Below are positions 13,126 through 25,267 of a DNA stretch of 55,671 nt, in pieces. The first letter of the stretch is position 1, and each line of letters opens with the position of its first letter. Origin of the DNA: Halocafeteria seosinensis. Lineage: Eukaryota. The notes under the pieces were generated by a model. It did not search any database, had not been told where the DNA came from, and worked only from the letters and a program-made list of their open reading frames with translations. The stretch spans positions 1 to 55,671 of the forward strand of contig LVLI01000193.1 in NCBI GenBank assembly GCA_001687465.1. The letters run 5' to 3'. Made by a program: the position numbers and the translations under genes.

Positions 13126-13592
13126 AGAAGGCAATCTCTCTCACTCTCTCGAAAGGGAAGGAGTATGTCCGCTAGTCGACGACGGCGACTGCTCGCTGAC
13201 AACGCAGTCGATAATTTCCAACCAAAAGCACTCTAACGTCGCAGACGATCATTAGTTAAAAACAAGTACAGAATCACCTCAGATCGACACGGAACTTGTC
13301 AATGCACACGTCATTACGGGCTGTGATCGCTACGAATAGCTTGCGGGAGCAGGCGGGTGTGTGAATCACAAAGTTCCCGAGTAAACCTTGTTTCCCCTTC
13401 GCAGTCCCCTTGGGAACACACATTTGCTTTTTTGGTGACCAGCAGTCGGACTTCTCTGTTACAAATATAGAGCTCTCGTTGGAAAGCCTTGAGTAGAATT
13501 GTCCGGAACACTTCTACAAGTAGCTCCGTGTATCGTGACTCTTACGTCGCCATAACGCGAGAAGCAAGAGCAACTCTTACAACTCGGGGTGC

Positions 13593-16500
13593 ATGAACGC
13601 GCAAGACATGTCGCTTTCCCTTGGCTACGAAGGGGATCCTCAGAAGACTGTTGGGCTCGCCAGTGCCCACGGAGATATTGAGAAACTCAAGGAAGGACTG
13701 AAGGGATTGGACAGCTGCGATGCTGCGCTAAACGAGGTCAGAGGCCTCATACCATTTCAAGAGCGACTTCTACCACACACAGTCAGGGTTTGTGTTATCT
13801 GCAGAGTGGAGAGACGGCGATGCATTACGCTGCCCGGTACGGAATGACAAGAGTTATCGAGCATCTGATTCAACAAGGCGCGAACGTGGATGCGGCCAAC
13901 AAAGATGTGAGTGATGTTTTTGATCGGCCGACCACGGTGTACTCTTGATCCCCGTCACCCAATTTGCAGGGATTTACACCACTCCATATCGCCGCCAAGA
14001 GCGGCAATGGTGATGTGGTTACAACTTTGGTTATGGATGGCAATGCGGATGTCAGGAAAAGGACTGTAAGGTTCCTCGTTAGTCAGTTTCATACGGTATC
14101 TGTCGTTATAAAACAGAATCTGTGTCCTTAATTGCCCCGCAGAAGAAAAATGAGAAAAAAAATGCCTTGGATATGGCTTTAGATGACAATCCTTATTTAG
14201 AGGTTTGTCTGCCTCTATATCCCCACTCTGAAGCAGGTGCTCAGAGGCGGCTTAAAAAGGAGTTCCGTGAATCTAATATAGATAAAAACATAGTCGAAGC
14301 CTTAATGTCGGAGCATCTTCCCTCACTACAGCGCTGTTGGAAGGACATCGAAGCTTATAAACCAAAGGTGAAGAGAACGGTTGAGAAAATCCTTAGTAGG
14401 CGATGGCACCTTCCTGAGAGGAGGGTTATTCCAGACATCCTCAGCACCGAAGGGTCTCTGAAACTTAATGTTGCCATAGCGATTCATATAAGCCCCAAGA
14501 CTCCAGTCGAACTAAAACGATTGGTCAGTCCAGGAGAACTCTGGCCATCGGATTTGGACTGGTCGTATTGGAATGGTATTGGAGGCAAGAAGCAGAAACG
14601 GTTAGCGAAACCGCCGGATGGCATCAACGAGATTTGCATACCATTAAGTGTATACAATGGTGCTGCGTTGCAACGGAGGAAAACGTCTGCTTCGGATGTA
14701 TTCGGGGACAGTGATAAGTATTGCTGGGTCTTTGACGAGGAGTGTGGACCCGGTATAAGCCTCCAAGATGATAAAAGAAGTGTTCGGTTTAGAAAGGCTG
14801 CCTTCAACGCCTCAACAGTGTTCTCTGGTATCCGAGGGACGAAGGCATTTTCATCGGACACCGTGTATCGTTGGACCGTTGAAATCCAGGCAGACAAACC
14901 AGACAACATAGAACTTGGCCTCGTCACTGATCGGTTTGACCTCTCGGAGGAATCCATAACGAAGCGTGGTATGTTCGGACACAATGAAGACTCGGTTGGA
15001 ATAGTGCTACGTGAGTCTCATAATGAAACAAAAGTGCTAGTTCGTCAGGGAGGGCATGTCTCCGAGAACCGCGGGATAGTGCTGCCAAAGTTCGCTAACA
15101 AGTTGTGTCTGACTCTGGAATATAGGGGGGACGATAGGCGTCTCTCAGTTCAACATCAAGACCAAAATTTAGTTGATGATACTGTGAATTTAGTCATCTA
15201 CGAAGGCACGACGGGAACTTCGTTATATCCAGCCGTCGCGGGAAAAACTGACATCCACGCACTGAACTCCGTCTATTTGAAACAAACAATTGAGTTTCCT
15301 GTAGAAAATTATGCCGACAATCTTGCGTTAAGAAATCCCAATCTGGATGCCGTTTTGCAACATGCCAAATGTCTGTGGGCTCTTCTCGGTACCGTACCTG
15401 AAGAGAATGAAAACGGTATGGATAAAACGATGGCTGCTTTCATATCCGAATTGAGCCCTGATATCATCCATATGCCTTTAGAAGATGGAACCCCTCTGTT
15501 CCAAGTTCTTGCAAGAAAACAACTCGGAGAAGCCGTGGATGCATTCCTCAACAGGAGTCAGATTGATGCTTTTTACCTATTCAGAATACCTCGGCATGTG
15601 TCACACGTGGCGTTCGACAGCTACGGCTCGAGGATTGTCCTCTACATCCTCTACAAATATTTTCCAACGAAATGTTCCAAGTTCGTAGAAAGCAATCTTA
15701 ATGATCTGTGGGCCACTAAAATGCAGACTCTCCTGAACTGCGTGAACGAGTTCACGAAAGGCATGTTGCGAGCGCTGAGGGCGGAGGATAATCTTCTTGA
15801 GGTCTTCCATCATGTGCATCGGCTGACCACTACGTCGAATATAAAAGATTGGAAACTGTGTTGGGAGGCTCTCAAGAAGGGCGAATCATTTATCTTAGAT
15901 AAGGAAGGCCCTTTGAGCAGGCTACGCACATCGAATAAAGGAGAAGTGTATCTTCTTGCGATTCTTGGACATCTCAATGCGGGATACCCCTTAGACCATA
16001 AGCGATACATATCTAGCTGGGAGCAATACTATAGGCAACAGCACGCAGAATCGGAAGGGCATTCGGTGCTTCTTTGGCTGGTAGAGGCACGGAAATTGGC
16101 TTCGAAGGATGAGCGTTTATGTTGCTTGTATCTCAAAGTCTACATTCTACTAAAAATGCATGCAGACCTTCGTGAATCAAATTTGACGAATCAGAAGCTG
16201 CTGCAGGAGCACTTTGACGACGCGCTTTCTTCGTCTGAAATGCGCCTAGTTGTATTCGGTTCTTCGCAAGATGGCCACCGCTGCGGCCACCAAGAGTTAA
16301 GGAATTCCCGAGAGCGCGTCTCAAAGCACGAGAGGGAACGGCACCCCATGTTGGCAGAACTGATGGACTACGTAGGCATGGACGAAGTTAAGAGCCATGT
16401 GCTTAGTGTGGTTAGAACGGTAGAGGCTTCTCATAACTTGCGCGAGACTCAACGCGTCCCTATTACTTTAAACTTTATCTTCACTGGCAATCCTGGAACT

Positions 16501-19226
16501 GGTAAGCAGGCTGTATCTCTACTGACACTCAATGCGGTCCTCTAGTTCTGATTTGCTTCTTTTTTGACGTTACAGGTAAAACCACCGTTGGTCGTTTGCT
16601 TGCACAGCTATTAGATTCAATTGGAGAGAGGCGGAAAGGTGAACGAATCGTAACAACCGCCACTGCGTTGAAGCGGGAGGGACTGGAGGGATTCTCTAAA
16701 CTCATGAAAAAAATTCGCGGGGGTGTATTGTTCGTAGATGAAGCATATCAACTAGAGCCGAAAGACGACCCAGTTGGAAAAGAAATTGTTGACGAGCTCC
16801 TTTCAGCCGCCGAAGAACAGCGAAATGAGACCACTTTCATCCTTGCTGGCTACAAAGAAGATATTGAAGAAAAGCTATACGGGTATAACTCTGGCTTAGT
16901 AAGTCGATTTCAGGAGATACATTTTCCGGACTTCAACGACGCCCAGCTTCGCAAAATATGGGACATGCGTTTGAGTCAATGCGAATGGAGCGCGGGTGAG
17001 GAAGTCAGCCGAGTTGCGGTACGACGCGTCTGCCGTAGGCGTCAAGCTAAAGGGTTTGGGAACGCCCGCGAAATCCGAAGTGCCATTGAGAGCGCTTTTA
17101 TTAATGCGCTGGGTGATGGGGTTAATCCGCACAAGCCTCGAATACGAATGGAACACATTCTGGGCCCCATGCCCTCAAGAGATACTTTACCAGAATTAGA
17201 TGATGCAATGAGAGAGTTAGAGAATATGAGGGGCCTGCAAAAGGTCAAACAGTCAGTCAAAGATATAGTGGCAACAGTTCAGACAAACTACCGTCTGGAG
17301 CGACAAGGTGAACGCACACTCGATATATGCCTCAATAAGCTTTTTTTGGGTAATCCAGGTACAGGCAAAACAACTGTTGCAGACATTTATGGGAGAATCT
17401 TAAACTCGCTGTGGATGGTAAGCAAAGGCTCCTGTGAGCATCGCACGGCATCTGATTTCATCGGTGAACATGTGGGGGAGACCCAGTCAAGGACGCGGAG
17501 CATTCTTGAGATGTGCAAAGGGAAGGTATTAGTAATCGACGAGGCATATAACCTGAATGATAATGGGTATGGCGTTCTCGCTCTGGATACCCTTGTTGAA
17601 AAAGTAACGGGAGCTCCAGGAGAAGATATGGCGGTGATATTGTGCGGATACGAGCACGAGATGAAGAGTATGTTGCGCGAGCGAAATCCTGGGCTCTCAA
17701 GAAGATTTGACTCTGAACACGCACTCATGTTTGAAGACCTTGACGACACAAGCCTCGGACAGATCATAGCAAAGGAATGTGCTAAAGAAAATATTGAATT
17801 GCAGTGGCCGGCTTTAGAGGCTGCGGTGGGAGTTCTTGCCAGACAACGTAAACTGCCAAATTTTGGAAACGCTGGGGCTGTTGAAAACCTACTCAGTGCT
17901 GCTAAGCTTCGGATGAACAGTAGGCGGCGGGAAAGCTCTACCGCAAGAGCCCAAGAAGGATCGAGTATGGAACTTACCGTTGAGGACGTCGAGGGAAAAT
18001 CGCAGGACGAAGACCCGCTTGCTGACATAAAAGACTTATACGCTGACGATCCGATCCTGCTTGAGAGTTTTTTGGAACTGCAACGCGAATGCACAGGAGT
18101 ACCAATGTGTTCTTCTGACAGTCCCTCTCATCGCACCTCCTTTCGCCATGGCTTTCGTAATACTGTTGCTCTTGACACATCTGTGGCACAGAGCACCGGA
18201 GCAACCTACGGCCGCAGATTTTACCACAAACTATTGTGCAATGTTTTCAAACGGTCGAACGGAAATCATACGGAACCTCGCCGAGAGAGTCCTGCGGGGC
18301 ATCTTCTCTTTTATGGACCCCCTGGAAGTGGGAAGAGCACATCGGCAAGGTGCATAACAAACTTGTTTTATAATGCAAACATCATGAAGTGCAACTATGT
18401 CACCGAATACAATGCGGGAGAATTATGTGGTATTGATAGAGAGGCGGCAAGAGAAAAGTTACAGAATGCATGGACACACGTAAATGGAGGGTTGCTGTTC
18501 ATCGACGAAGCATATCACTTCGCACAAGACCGTAGCGGTCTCGAGGCTCTGGAGACCTTAGTGCAACTTATGAAGAAAAGAAATGAAAATGGAAATGTGG
18601 TTATTATGGCTGGATTTTCGGAACCAATGCAGTGCATGCTTGATCACTTTCTCGAATTAAAGGCTGAGTTCTCCCAGAAAATAGAGTTTCCTGAGTGGTC
18701 TCCGGAACGCTGCGCCAAGCACATCCAACGGCGCGCACAGCAGCAAGGTCTCACTTTGGATGCGCACGTGCACCGATTGATACAAGATAAGTTTTCAGAA
18801 CTCGCCCAACGTCCTTCGTACTCGAATGCACGCGACGCAGAAAAAGGTTTCGACTCTATCCGGATGCAGAGGATCAAGGATTATACCACGGATGTAGTCT
18901 CTTACGACGACGCGTTGCGGGGAATGGACGAGTTACTCAAAGATAGACCCCGAGGTCCTGAGAATAAGCCATTTGGAGATCCTTCGCTCCGTAGAACTGA
19001 GGCTTTAATCTACACGCGGAATATTCGCAAGGTGATATATGATAAAGAGAAAGAGCGGCAGCCCCCTGCCAGCAACAGCAACCATTTCGCGAACAAAGAT
19101 GTTACTGACGGTTACACATCAACTGGCGCATGGAATTTCTTATCTTGCCCACCGTTCCTGCTGGTTCTATCGGCTACCCTGCTATTTGCACTTGGTATCA
19201 TACCTGCTCTTCTGGGTAGTCATTAG
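13593..19226 (+). CDS. Multidomain protein: ankyrin repeats - SPRY/B30.2-like domain - helical region - three CbbX/SpoVK-type AAA+ modules - C-terminal TM helix
   Basis: Small spliced exons give GETAMHYAARYG...GANVDAANKD and GFTPLHIAAKSG (ankyrin). A SPRY-like stretch runs GIRGTKAFSS..YRWTVEI..IELGLV..LYPAV. Walker A motifs are GNPGTGKT (split by intron 16502-16575), GNPGTGKT and GPPGSGKS, each followed by hhhDEAY. Hydrophobic tail FLLVLSATLLFALGIIPALL. Confidence 0.85.
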
Positions 19227-19263
19227 TAGTTGGCAACTACTAGTTGCCCGCACCAAGATACAT

Positions 19264-20964
19264 CTATCTCTTTTGCATTCTACTGCGTTTTTCCTGAGTT
19301 TTGCCGCTTGCCCTGGTCTTTCGAGACTTTTGCAAGAGTGTTTGGGTTTGTTCATGCTGAAGCTTTCGCTGACGCCTCCTTAACCCATAATACAGTGCGG
19401 TCCCTATACCAACGGCGCCCAGGATAGCTCCTGTGGATATCCCGGCTATAGCAGCACTGCCTAGTCCGGTATCGTCACTGTTTCCGGGGCCTCGTGTTCC
19501 AGATGGTTTATGCCTAGGTGTCGACGTCCGAGCCTTGCTCGTTTTTGACCGTTTAGAGCAGGTAGGACTTGGGCTTATTGTGGATAAGCCATCTACAGCG
19601 TCACTCCGAGACTGTGAATAACTGATGCGGAGTAAGTACTGACCGCGATTTTGGAATGGCATTATTTTGTCTTTTTGCCTGTCACCGTCCAAATCAATCC
19701 CTTGTTCTAGTTCAGTGTGATATACCCTTAATGGGACATTGCTCGTGCTCGACGAGTCCACGCTGATGCCGTCAGAATTATTTAATTTTGGGTTAATCAG
19801 TTCAGCCAAGCGAGATTTCTTTCGGAAAACTATATGTTTTGGACCAGTGTGTGCCCCGATAAAAAAGTCATGTATCCCATCCTCGTTCCAGTCTCCTGCT
19901 TGCGACACAACAACTACAGAGTCAGCCGTTTCATCCGATGCAGGACCAAGCGCAGTGATTCTGACGTTCCATTGAGAAAACAGTGTTCGGGTCAAACTCC
20001 CCTCTCTTGCTGCAACATTTCTCAGTCCATAAAAAATATAACCTTCACTTCCTTTCCTTAGAGTCTGAGTCACTACAAGTATGTCATCAGCAGCATCCCC
20101 GTTTATGTCGTGTAGTATATGTACCGTATTTTTTCGCTGATTCCCGAATTGATCTGCCTCGGTCTGGAAGACGATGCTATCCCCATAAGACGCCAATTCT
20201 TTCGGATTGCTAAGTGAAATTAAAGCTGAAAATCTCCGAGTTGAGCCATAGACGGTATATCCGGGCGACAACTCTTCACGTGAGCTAATCAAGATGTCCT
20301 GGATTCCGTCAGCGTTGATGTCCCCTGAAGCAGCTACACAAATACCGAACTTGGTGCTGCTGTTGTGGCGTACAACGAATCCAGAATCCTCTGGGATTGA
20401 GGACATTTCGTAGCGCGTTGATGCTTGTCGCGTTTGCTTCCTCCCGTAAAGAACCGCCACCACTCCACCCGCTCCATGTGGGAATGGATTTGGAAAGCCG
20501 GCGACAACATCTCCAATTCCATCACCATTAACGTCTCCACTCGACACTGAGCTTTCATTGACGAATTGGTCCCAACTATCCGGCGGTTCCAGGTAAACGC
20601 GATAACCATCGCCTCCTTCAAGTGCATTAACGTCTACCAGGGGCGATCTGCTAGTCCCTACCGGCCTCCCCAGAGTCCCGAATATCACAAACACTGCTGC
20701 CCCACGGATCCCATCGCTTCTGACCACCACCACATCAGAAATCCCATCGGCATTAAAGTCGCCCCAGCTCCACGAAACCGCCCCTCTGGTCTCATTGACA
20801 GTACATTGGCTGTCTACCACGTAAAGCTCTTGGGGAGATCTTCTGGGTCTTCCACTCTCACTCTCGCTGTTCGAAGAGCGCGAGGCAGCGGGGATAACCG
20901 TAGAGCATTCTGTGCGGCATATATAAAGGGTGAAGAGCACACATAAGCCATAAACAGACCTCAT
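19264..20964 (-). CDS. FG-GAP repeat (integrin-alpha-like beta-propeller) type I membrane protein, intronless
   Basis: Signal-peptide-like start MRSVYGLCVLFTLYIC. Ca-binding repeats GDFNADGISD, GDVNGDGIGD, GDINADGIQD, DINGDAADD, GDWNEDGIHD and DLDGDRQKD. Then a Ser/Thr/Pro stalk, TM AAIAGISTGAILGAVGIGTALYYGL and a basic tail. Confidence 0.85.
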   Translation of the reverse strand: MRSVYGLCVLFTLYICRTECSTVIPAASRSSNSESESGRPRRSPQELYVVDSQCTVNETRGAVSWSWGDFNADGISDVVVVRSDGIRGAAVFVIFGTLGRPVGTSRSPLVDVNALEGGDGYRVYLEPPDSWDQFVNESSVSSGDVNGDGIGDVVAGFPNPFPHGAGGVVAVLYGRKQTRQASTRYEMSSIPEDSGFVVRHNSSTKFGICVAASGDINADGIQDILISSREELSPGYTVYGSTRRFSALISLSNPKELASYGDSIVFQTEADQFGNQRKNTVHILHDINGDAADDILVVTQTLRKGSEGYIFYGLRNVAAREGSLTRTLFSQWNVRITALGPASDETADSVVVVSQAGDWNEDGIHDFFIGAHTGPKHIVFRKKSRLAELINPKLNNSDGISVDSSSTSNVPLRVYHTELEQGIDLDGDRQKDKIMPFQNRGQYLLRISYSQSRSDAVDGLSTISPSPTCSKRSKTSKARTSTPRHKPSGTRGPGNSDDTGLGSAAIAGISTGAILGAVGIGTALYYGLRRRQRKLQHEQTQTLLQKSRKTRASGKTQEKRSRMQKR

Positions 20965-21916
20965 GTTAGTCACCAAACTCATACTGTCGTAAGCATCAAC
21001 GAACCAAATCTTAATCGTCCTGTCTACACAGGCTTCACACTGCATGGGTATCAGACCAGGGCTATCTTACACTGTAGCTGACTAGCCTCGCTGGCTGGGT
21101 GTACTTAGTGGGTCCCATTGACTAGTACAGGTGACCCATGGACGACACAACTTTGATAAAAAGACACTCCAAGCAAATTGAATATCTTTGGAAATGCGTG
21201 TCTATGAAGACTTGTTGATTGTCAAGCTCCAAAGTGGGTCATGGTGGATAGGCGCTTTACCGTGGTCATGTGCATAGGTGCTTTACTTTCGAGTAATGAT
21301 GAAGTAATACCAATGTGGTGAATTTGAGAAGCGGGAACGCCTATCCGTTGTGAGTCAACTTGTGACCAGTCGTAGGAGAGCAGTAAAACGTTTAAACAAA
21401 CCGAATGCTGATTGTGAAATTCAAACAAATTGGTGTTGTGAGGAACGTAAGCAGGAAACACTAGTCAACGTTCTCGGGATTTTCTCTAGTGGGGACATCT
21501 CCGTCCAGCTACCCCTTCATCTACACAAAATAATAAAGTTGTGCGAGAGTATTTGCCAGTTCATAATCGTCAAGGTCTACCTTCTCCCTCACCAATGCAA
21601 AGTCTTGCAGACTTGATCCACAAACTACTGGATGCGCCGTACAGTACTTGTATATGAATCGGTCGTCGCTTTCCGGCGCATGCACTTTCTATAGGCACCT
21701 TTTGTCTCACACACACACACTTGTTCTGTTTTCCGCTCAGGGTACACGCACGGACTACGTGTTATCGATGGACACCCTGTAGTCTTTCCAAATCATGGAG
21801 GGAACGCAGGTTAATCAGGTTGATATCGTCAAGCACAGCAGTAGTAGTGTGTATATTTATGGCCTACAGTTAAAAGCTGAACAACAAGTTAAACAAAAAA
21901 GCCTCGAACTAGTGTT

Positions 21917-21989
21917 CACACACACACACACACACACACACACAAATGTGACAGATAGCCCACCGGCCGGGAAGTTGACCGCATCCTCT
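21917..21989. repeat. (CA)14 microsatellite plus a ~45-bp truncated copy of the dispersed structured repeat
   Basis: ATGTGACAGATAGCCCACCGGCCGGGAAGTTGACCGCATCCTCT is near-identical to the copies at 50742, 51282 and (inverted) 55010-55053. Confidence 0.9.
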
Positions 21990-22948
21990 AGTGTTAGTTG
22001 TGTATTTCCTCTACAACATGTGTACCGTAACGTAACGGGTTAGGCGCATATGACTTCATCATGGGAGTGTTCTCCTCGTCGATTGAAATTCTATCCGTGG
22101 TGAATCACTGGTGATTTACTACACACCTCATGGGATGGAAGATTGCCGACCTGTAAAAATATATACCAGTGTACGACCCAGGGTAGTGGCAAATGAGTCG
22201 GTGTCAGTGCAGACAGTTAGGAACCTTGTGGAAGGAGTTTATCTCTAGAAGAATTGATGGTTTCCAAATTTCTTACGAAGAAGTTGGTTCTACCGACTGT
22301 ACCGAGGGGAGCATACTAAAGGGAGGCCGGAACCAAGAGCGCGTGCGTATTAGTATTGTTCCTACCAGAAGACGTCTAGTCTACTGGCTATGCGCTTTCG
22401 GTATTCTCGTTCGCTTTGTGCAACAACAATGATGAACTGAACAAAAAGGACATGTACGTACCGGTGGTACTCGTGTAATTTACCAACTAGCAATACCAAT
22501 TGGAAATAAAGGCAAAGTTGTTCAACCGATTTGCCGCACAATGACAGGGTTCTTCCTAGTACCACTTTTACCGGGTAGCTAAACCCAGCCTGCTGCAACG
22601 CGGCGCACGCCATGGGTCATGGGTGATGGCATTGAATGATTGAAGCCAGTTTGACTCACGTCGAAGGCGGAGATTCCTGACATTGTCCAGAAAGGTCCAT
22701 GACATGCCAATAATATAGTCATTGATTGGCATTGGGATTGTCAGGTGTACCTATGCAACCATAATAATATTAAAAAATAAATAAATTCAGTTGTTTGTGT
22801 GACCTCTCCTTGATGTGTTGAAGAAGCCCACCTTTGACACCGTTTTATCACAGTTTACAAGCGTCGAACTAGCGCAGGTGGATGGCGAGATCCTAGTATT
22901 TAGTGTGGGGAGTGGTTCGTTTGCGGGGAGGATCCCAGCTGAGAAGAA

Positions 22949-25267
22949 ATGAGCTACTGGTGGAAGATACCCTTGGTGGTGGCGGTGGTGCTCCTGGCCG
23001 ATGATGCTCATGCCACCTCCCACAGGGCATTACAGAGGCAATACGATGCATATCTCAAGGGAATCAGAGAGCACGGTGCAACAGAAGCGCAGGGAGACGC
23101 CGGTAGTAGTAGAGCTCGTTTGATTGAGCAGTATCATGCTCAATTGAAGGCGGCGGATGTCCTGCACGGCAAACGTCATTTGCCCATACGAGCAAAAGAG
23201 CAAGGGACCAGGCTTAGTTCTACGGCCTCCGTAGCGGGGATTCCTTCTGTGTGTGCGAGTTTCCCCAGTGCATTGAATGTGCTCGACTCGAACATCAGCA
23301 CGATGAAATCCTCCTGGGGTATGGTTCCCAACAGTGCTGGAAGTGCCCAGCGGTGTAAATCTGCTAATGGAAGCGAGTTTTGTATATTGCACGCGTCGTT
23401 CAAGTTGTTCGGGATATGCGTTCCGTCACAATGCGCTAACGGAAACCGAACAGTCATACAAAGTACGTTTGCGTACTCCTTCCCCGTGTGGTGGTATGCA
23501 GCGATTGACCCGAAATGGAAAGTCACGTGCGGTTGGCACAGTCAGCCCTTGTCGGACGAAGGAGCAGCATTTCTCGGAGTTATGGTCTCCGTCATGATAC
23601 TTTGCTTCTTGGGCATAATTACCGCTCGGTGCCGATGCACAAGAGAGTATTCTAGTGCGTACGTAAGCTGGAGACGAAGGAAACTCGAGCGGGAACGAAG
23701 ACTGAACACAGTAGATAGCGAAGGAGAACGAGTAATCAAGAAACCTCCTAAGCCCCAATTTATATGGGAACAACCCCATGAACCATTTGACTCCTTCCAA
23801 AGTAGGGAGAAACACGATGCTCTTGCCTCTCCAGCCTTTGGGAGACCAAAGTCGAAGGAGTCCAGTGGACATGGAGCATCGCCTCAGCTGCATGAAGCAT
23901 TTCACATGGTAGACCCCATGTCTTCCAGTCAGTTTAACAGGAATCTATCCACTGAATCCGAAAGTCGTTACCGAAGATGGAACGAGAAGGGTCTATACCG
24001 ATTGTGTGGATGGTGCAAGAAGGAGAATGCAGTTTCTAGACCCAAAGGAGAGGATTCCTTCCGCGCTCTGCTCAGCAATGAAACAGAAGAATCTTTGCTG
24101 CGGCATTCTACAAGTATCAACACCGCTGGGGACGTGGATCAACGTCCGAGACAACGGTTTGGCCAGAGGCTGTTATGTTGCTGGGGAGAAAAGACCCGCA
24201 GTGCCCGTCTGTCCAGTGATGCATCGGACCCACCGTCTGCGATGAATTTCAAGCATTCTCCATGGGGGACATTGCCATATTACATAGTGAACATCTTTGA
24301 ATCCGAAGATGCTGAAAAAGCAATTCCTCGATTGATTCCTCAGTTAGATGGTGTGCGTGTCTTGGGATTCCTCCATGTCATGCTGGGGAGTACTGCCTAC
24401 TACATGCGGACTCTGGGAATTGAGGCAGAAGCAAGCGTTCTCGGATCCGATGGGGTCCTTTCGTCCACCAGTTTCCAGTTTGTGTTGGCGTCGGATTTTT
24501 CAAATGACACGCTCCTACTGCTTGCTGGTTTTTTGGCATTCCATGCACTCATAAGGAGGGTAGACCATCAGCTAAATTCTGAAGGCACCATTCAGGTCAC
24601 ATCAACACTCCCCAAGCTCAAGGAATCGGTGAAAGCGGTAGCCAAAGGTGTAGCGATGAAGCTTACACGTGTTGCGCCGTTGTACTACACTATTGTTGGT
24701 TTTTATGCCCTGCTTGGTAATTCCCTAGGGAAAGGACCCTTCTGGACTTTGATGGTTCCGGGTACTGATGCTTGTAAGCAACACTGGTGGACGAACTTCC
24801 TGTTTGTGAACAATTTTGTACCCGGTCCATCGGACGTTGGAAGCAGTGATACAGATAGCGTATGGAGCTCACGGTGTCTTCCCTTCACGAGCTACATCGC
24901 GATTGATATGCAACTCTTCATGGTGGTGACACCCATTGTCATACTGTTATATGTATGGAAACGGTTGGCTGCCTTCATTTTTCTTCTGGTGTTGATGGCT
25001 ATATCGATCATTTTATCTGGTCTAATCGTAAACAAACATTCTTTGAGTTCTTTGGTTCATTTCGAGACTGAGCACTACCATGTGCAATCATTCAGCGTAT
25101 GGAATGAAGAATATATGTGGAAGTTCTATCTGCAACCACACACGAGAGCGCTGCCGTGGCTTTTAGGAATGTTTACAGCAATGTCATTTCACCTGCACGC
25201 GACAGTAAAAGGAGTGCAGCTGCGAGCTGGAAAGCGGCAATATAGACCCCGTAAAATTTTCAATTAA
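22949..25267 (+). CDS. NRF-6-like O-acyltransferase (acyltransferase-3 family membrane protein), apparently C-terminally truncated or frameshifted
   Basis: Signal peptide and a Cys-rich NRF-like region (FGICVPSQC). Family motifs LDGVRVLGFLHVMLG, DTLLLLAGFL, RVAPLYY, GKGPFW, CKQHWWTNFLFVNNF, CLPFTSYIAIDMQLF and YLQPHTRALPWLLG. Confidence 0.82.
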   Translation: MSYWWKIPLVVAVVLLADDAHATSHRALQRQYDAYLKGIREHGATEAQGDAGSSRARLIEQYHAQLKAADVLHGKRHLPIRAKEQGTRLSSTASVAGIPSVCASFPSALNVLDSNISTMKSSWGMVPNSAGSAQRCKSANGSEFCILHASFKLFGICVPSQCANGNRTVIQSTFAYSFPVWWYAAIDPKWKVTCGWHSQPLSDEGAAFLGVMVSVMILCFLGIITARCRCTREYSSAYVSWRRRKLERERRLNTVDSEGERVIKKPPKPQFIWEQPHEPFDSFQSREKHDALASPAFGRPKSKESSGHGASPQLHEAFHMVDPMSSSQFNRNLSTESESRYRRWNEKGLYRLCGWCKKENAVSRPKGEDSFRALLSNETEESLLRHSTSINTAGDVDQRPRQRFGQRLLCCWGEKTRSARLSSDASDPPSAMNFKHSPWGTLPYYIVNIFESEDAEKAIPRLIPQLDGVRVLGFLHVMLGSTAYYMRTLGIEAEASVLGSDGVLSSTSFQFVLASDFSNDTLLLLAGFLAFHALIRRVDHQLNSEGTIQVTSTLPKLKESVKAVAKGVAMKLTRVAPLYYTIVGFYALLGNSLGKGPFWTLMVPGTDACKQHWWTNFLFVNNFVPGPSDVGSSDTDSVWSSRCLPFTSYIAIDMQLFMVVTPIVILLYVWKRLAAFIFLLVLMAISIILSGLIVNKHSLSSLVHFETEHYHVQSFSVWNEEYMWKFYLQPHTRALPWLLGMFTAMSFHLHATVKGVQLRAGKRQYRPRKIFN

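Noticed and set aside
19264..20964. True integrin alpha subunit
   Set aside because: Too short, with no thigh/calf region and no GFFKR-like cytoplasmic motif.
22676..22745. Nested inverted repeats CCTGACA/TGTCAGG and ATGCCAAT/ATTGGCAT
   Set aside because: Short arms, single copy and asymmetric spacing; not distinguishable from chance.
21050..22900. Protein gene in the long spacer (ORFs 21350-21616, 22193-22432, 22362-22613)
   Set aside because: Short, with no motifs and no consistent exon chain. They may be decayed fragments but cannot be supported.
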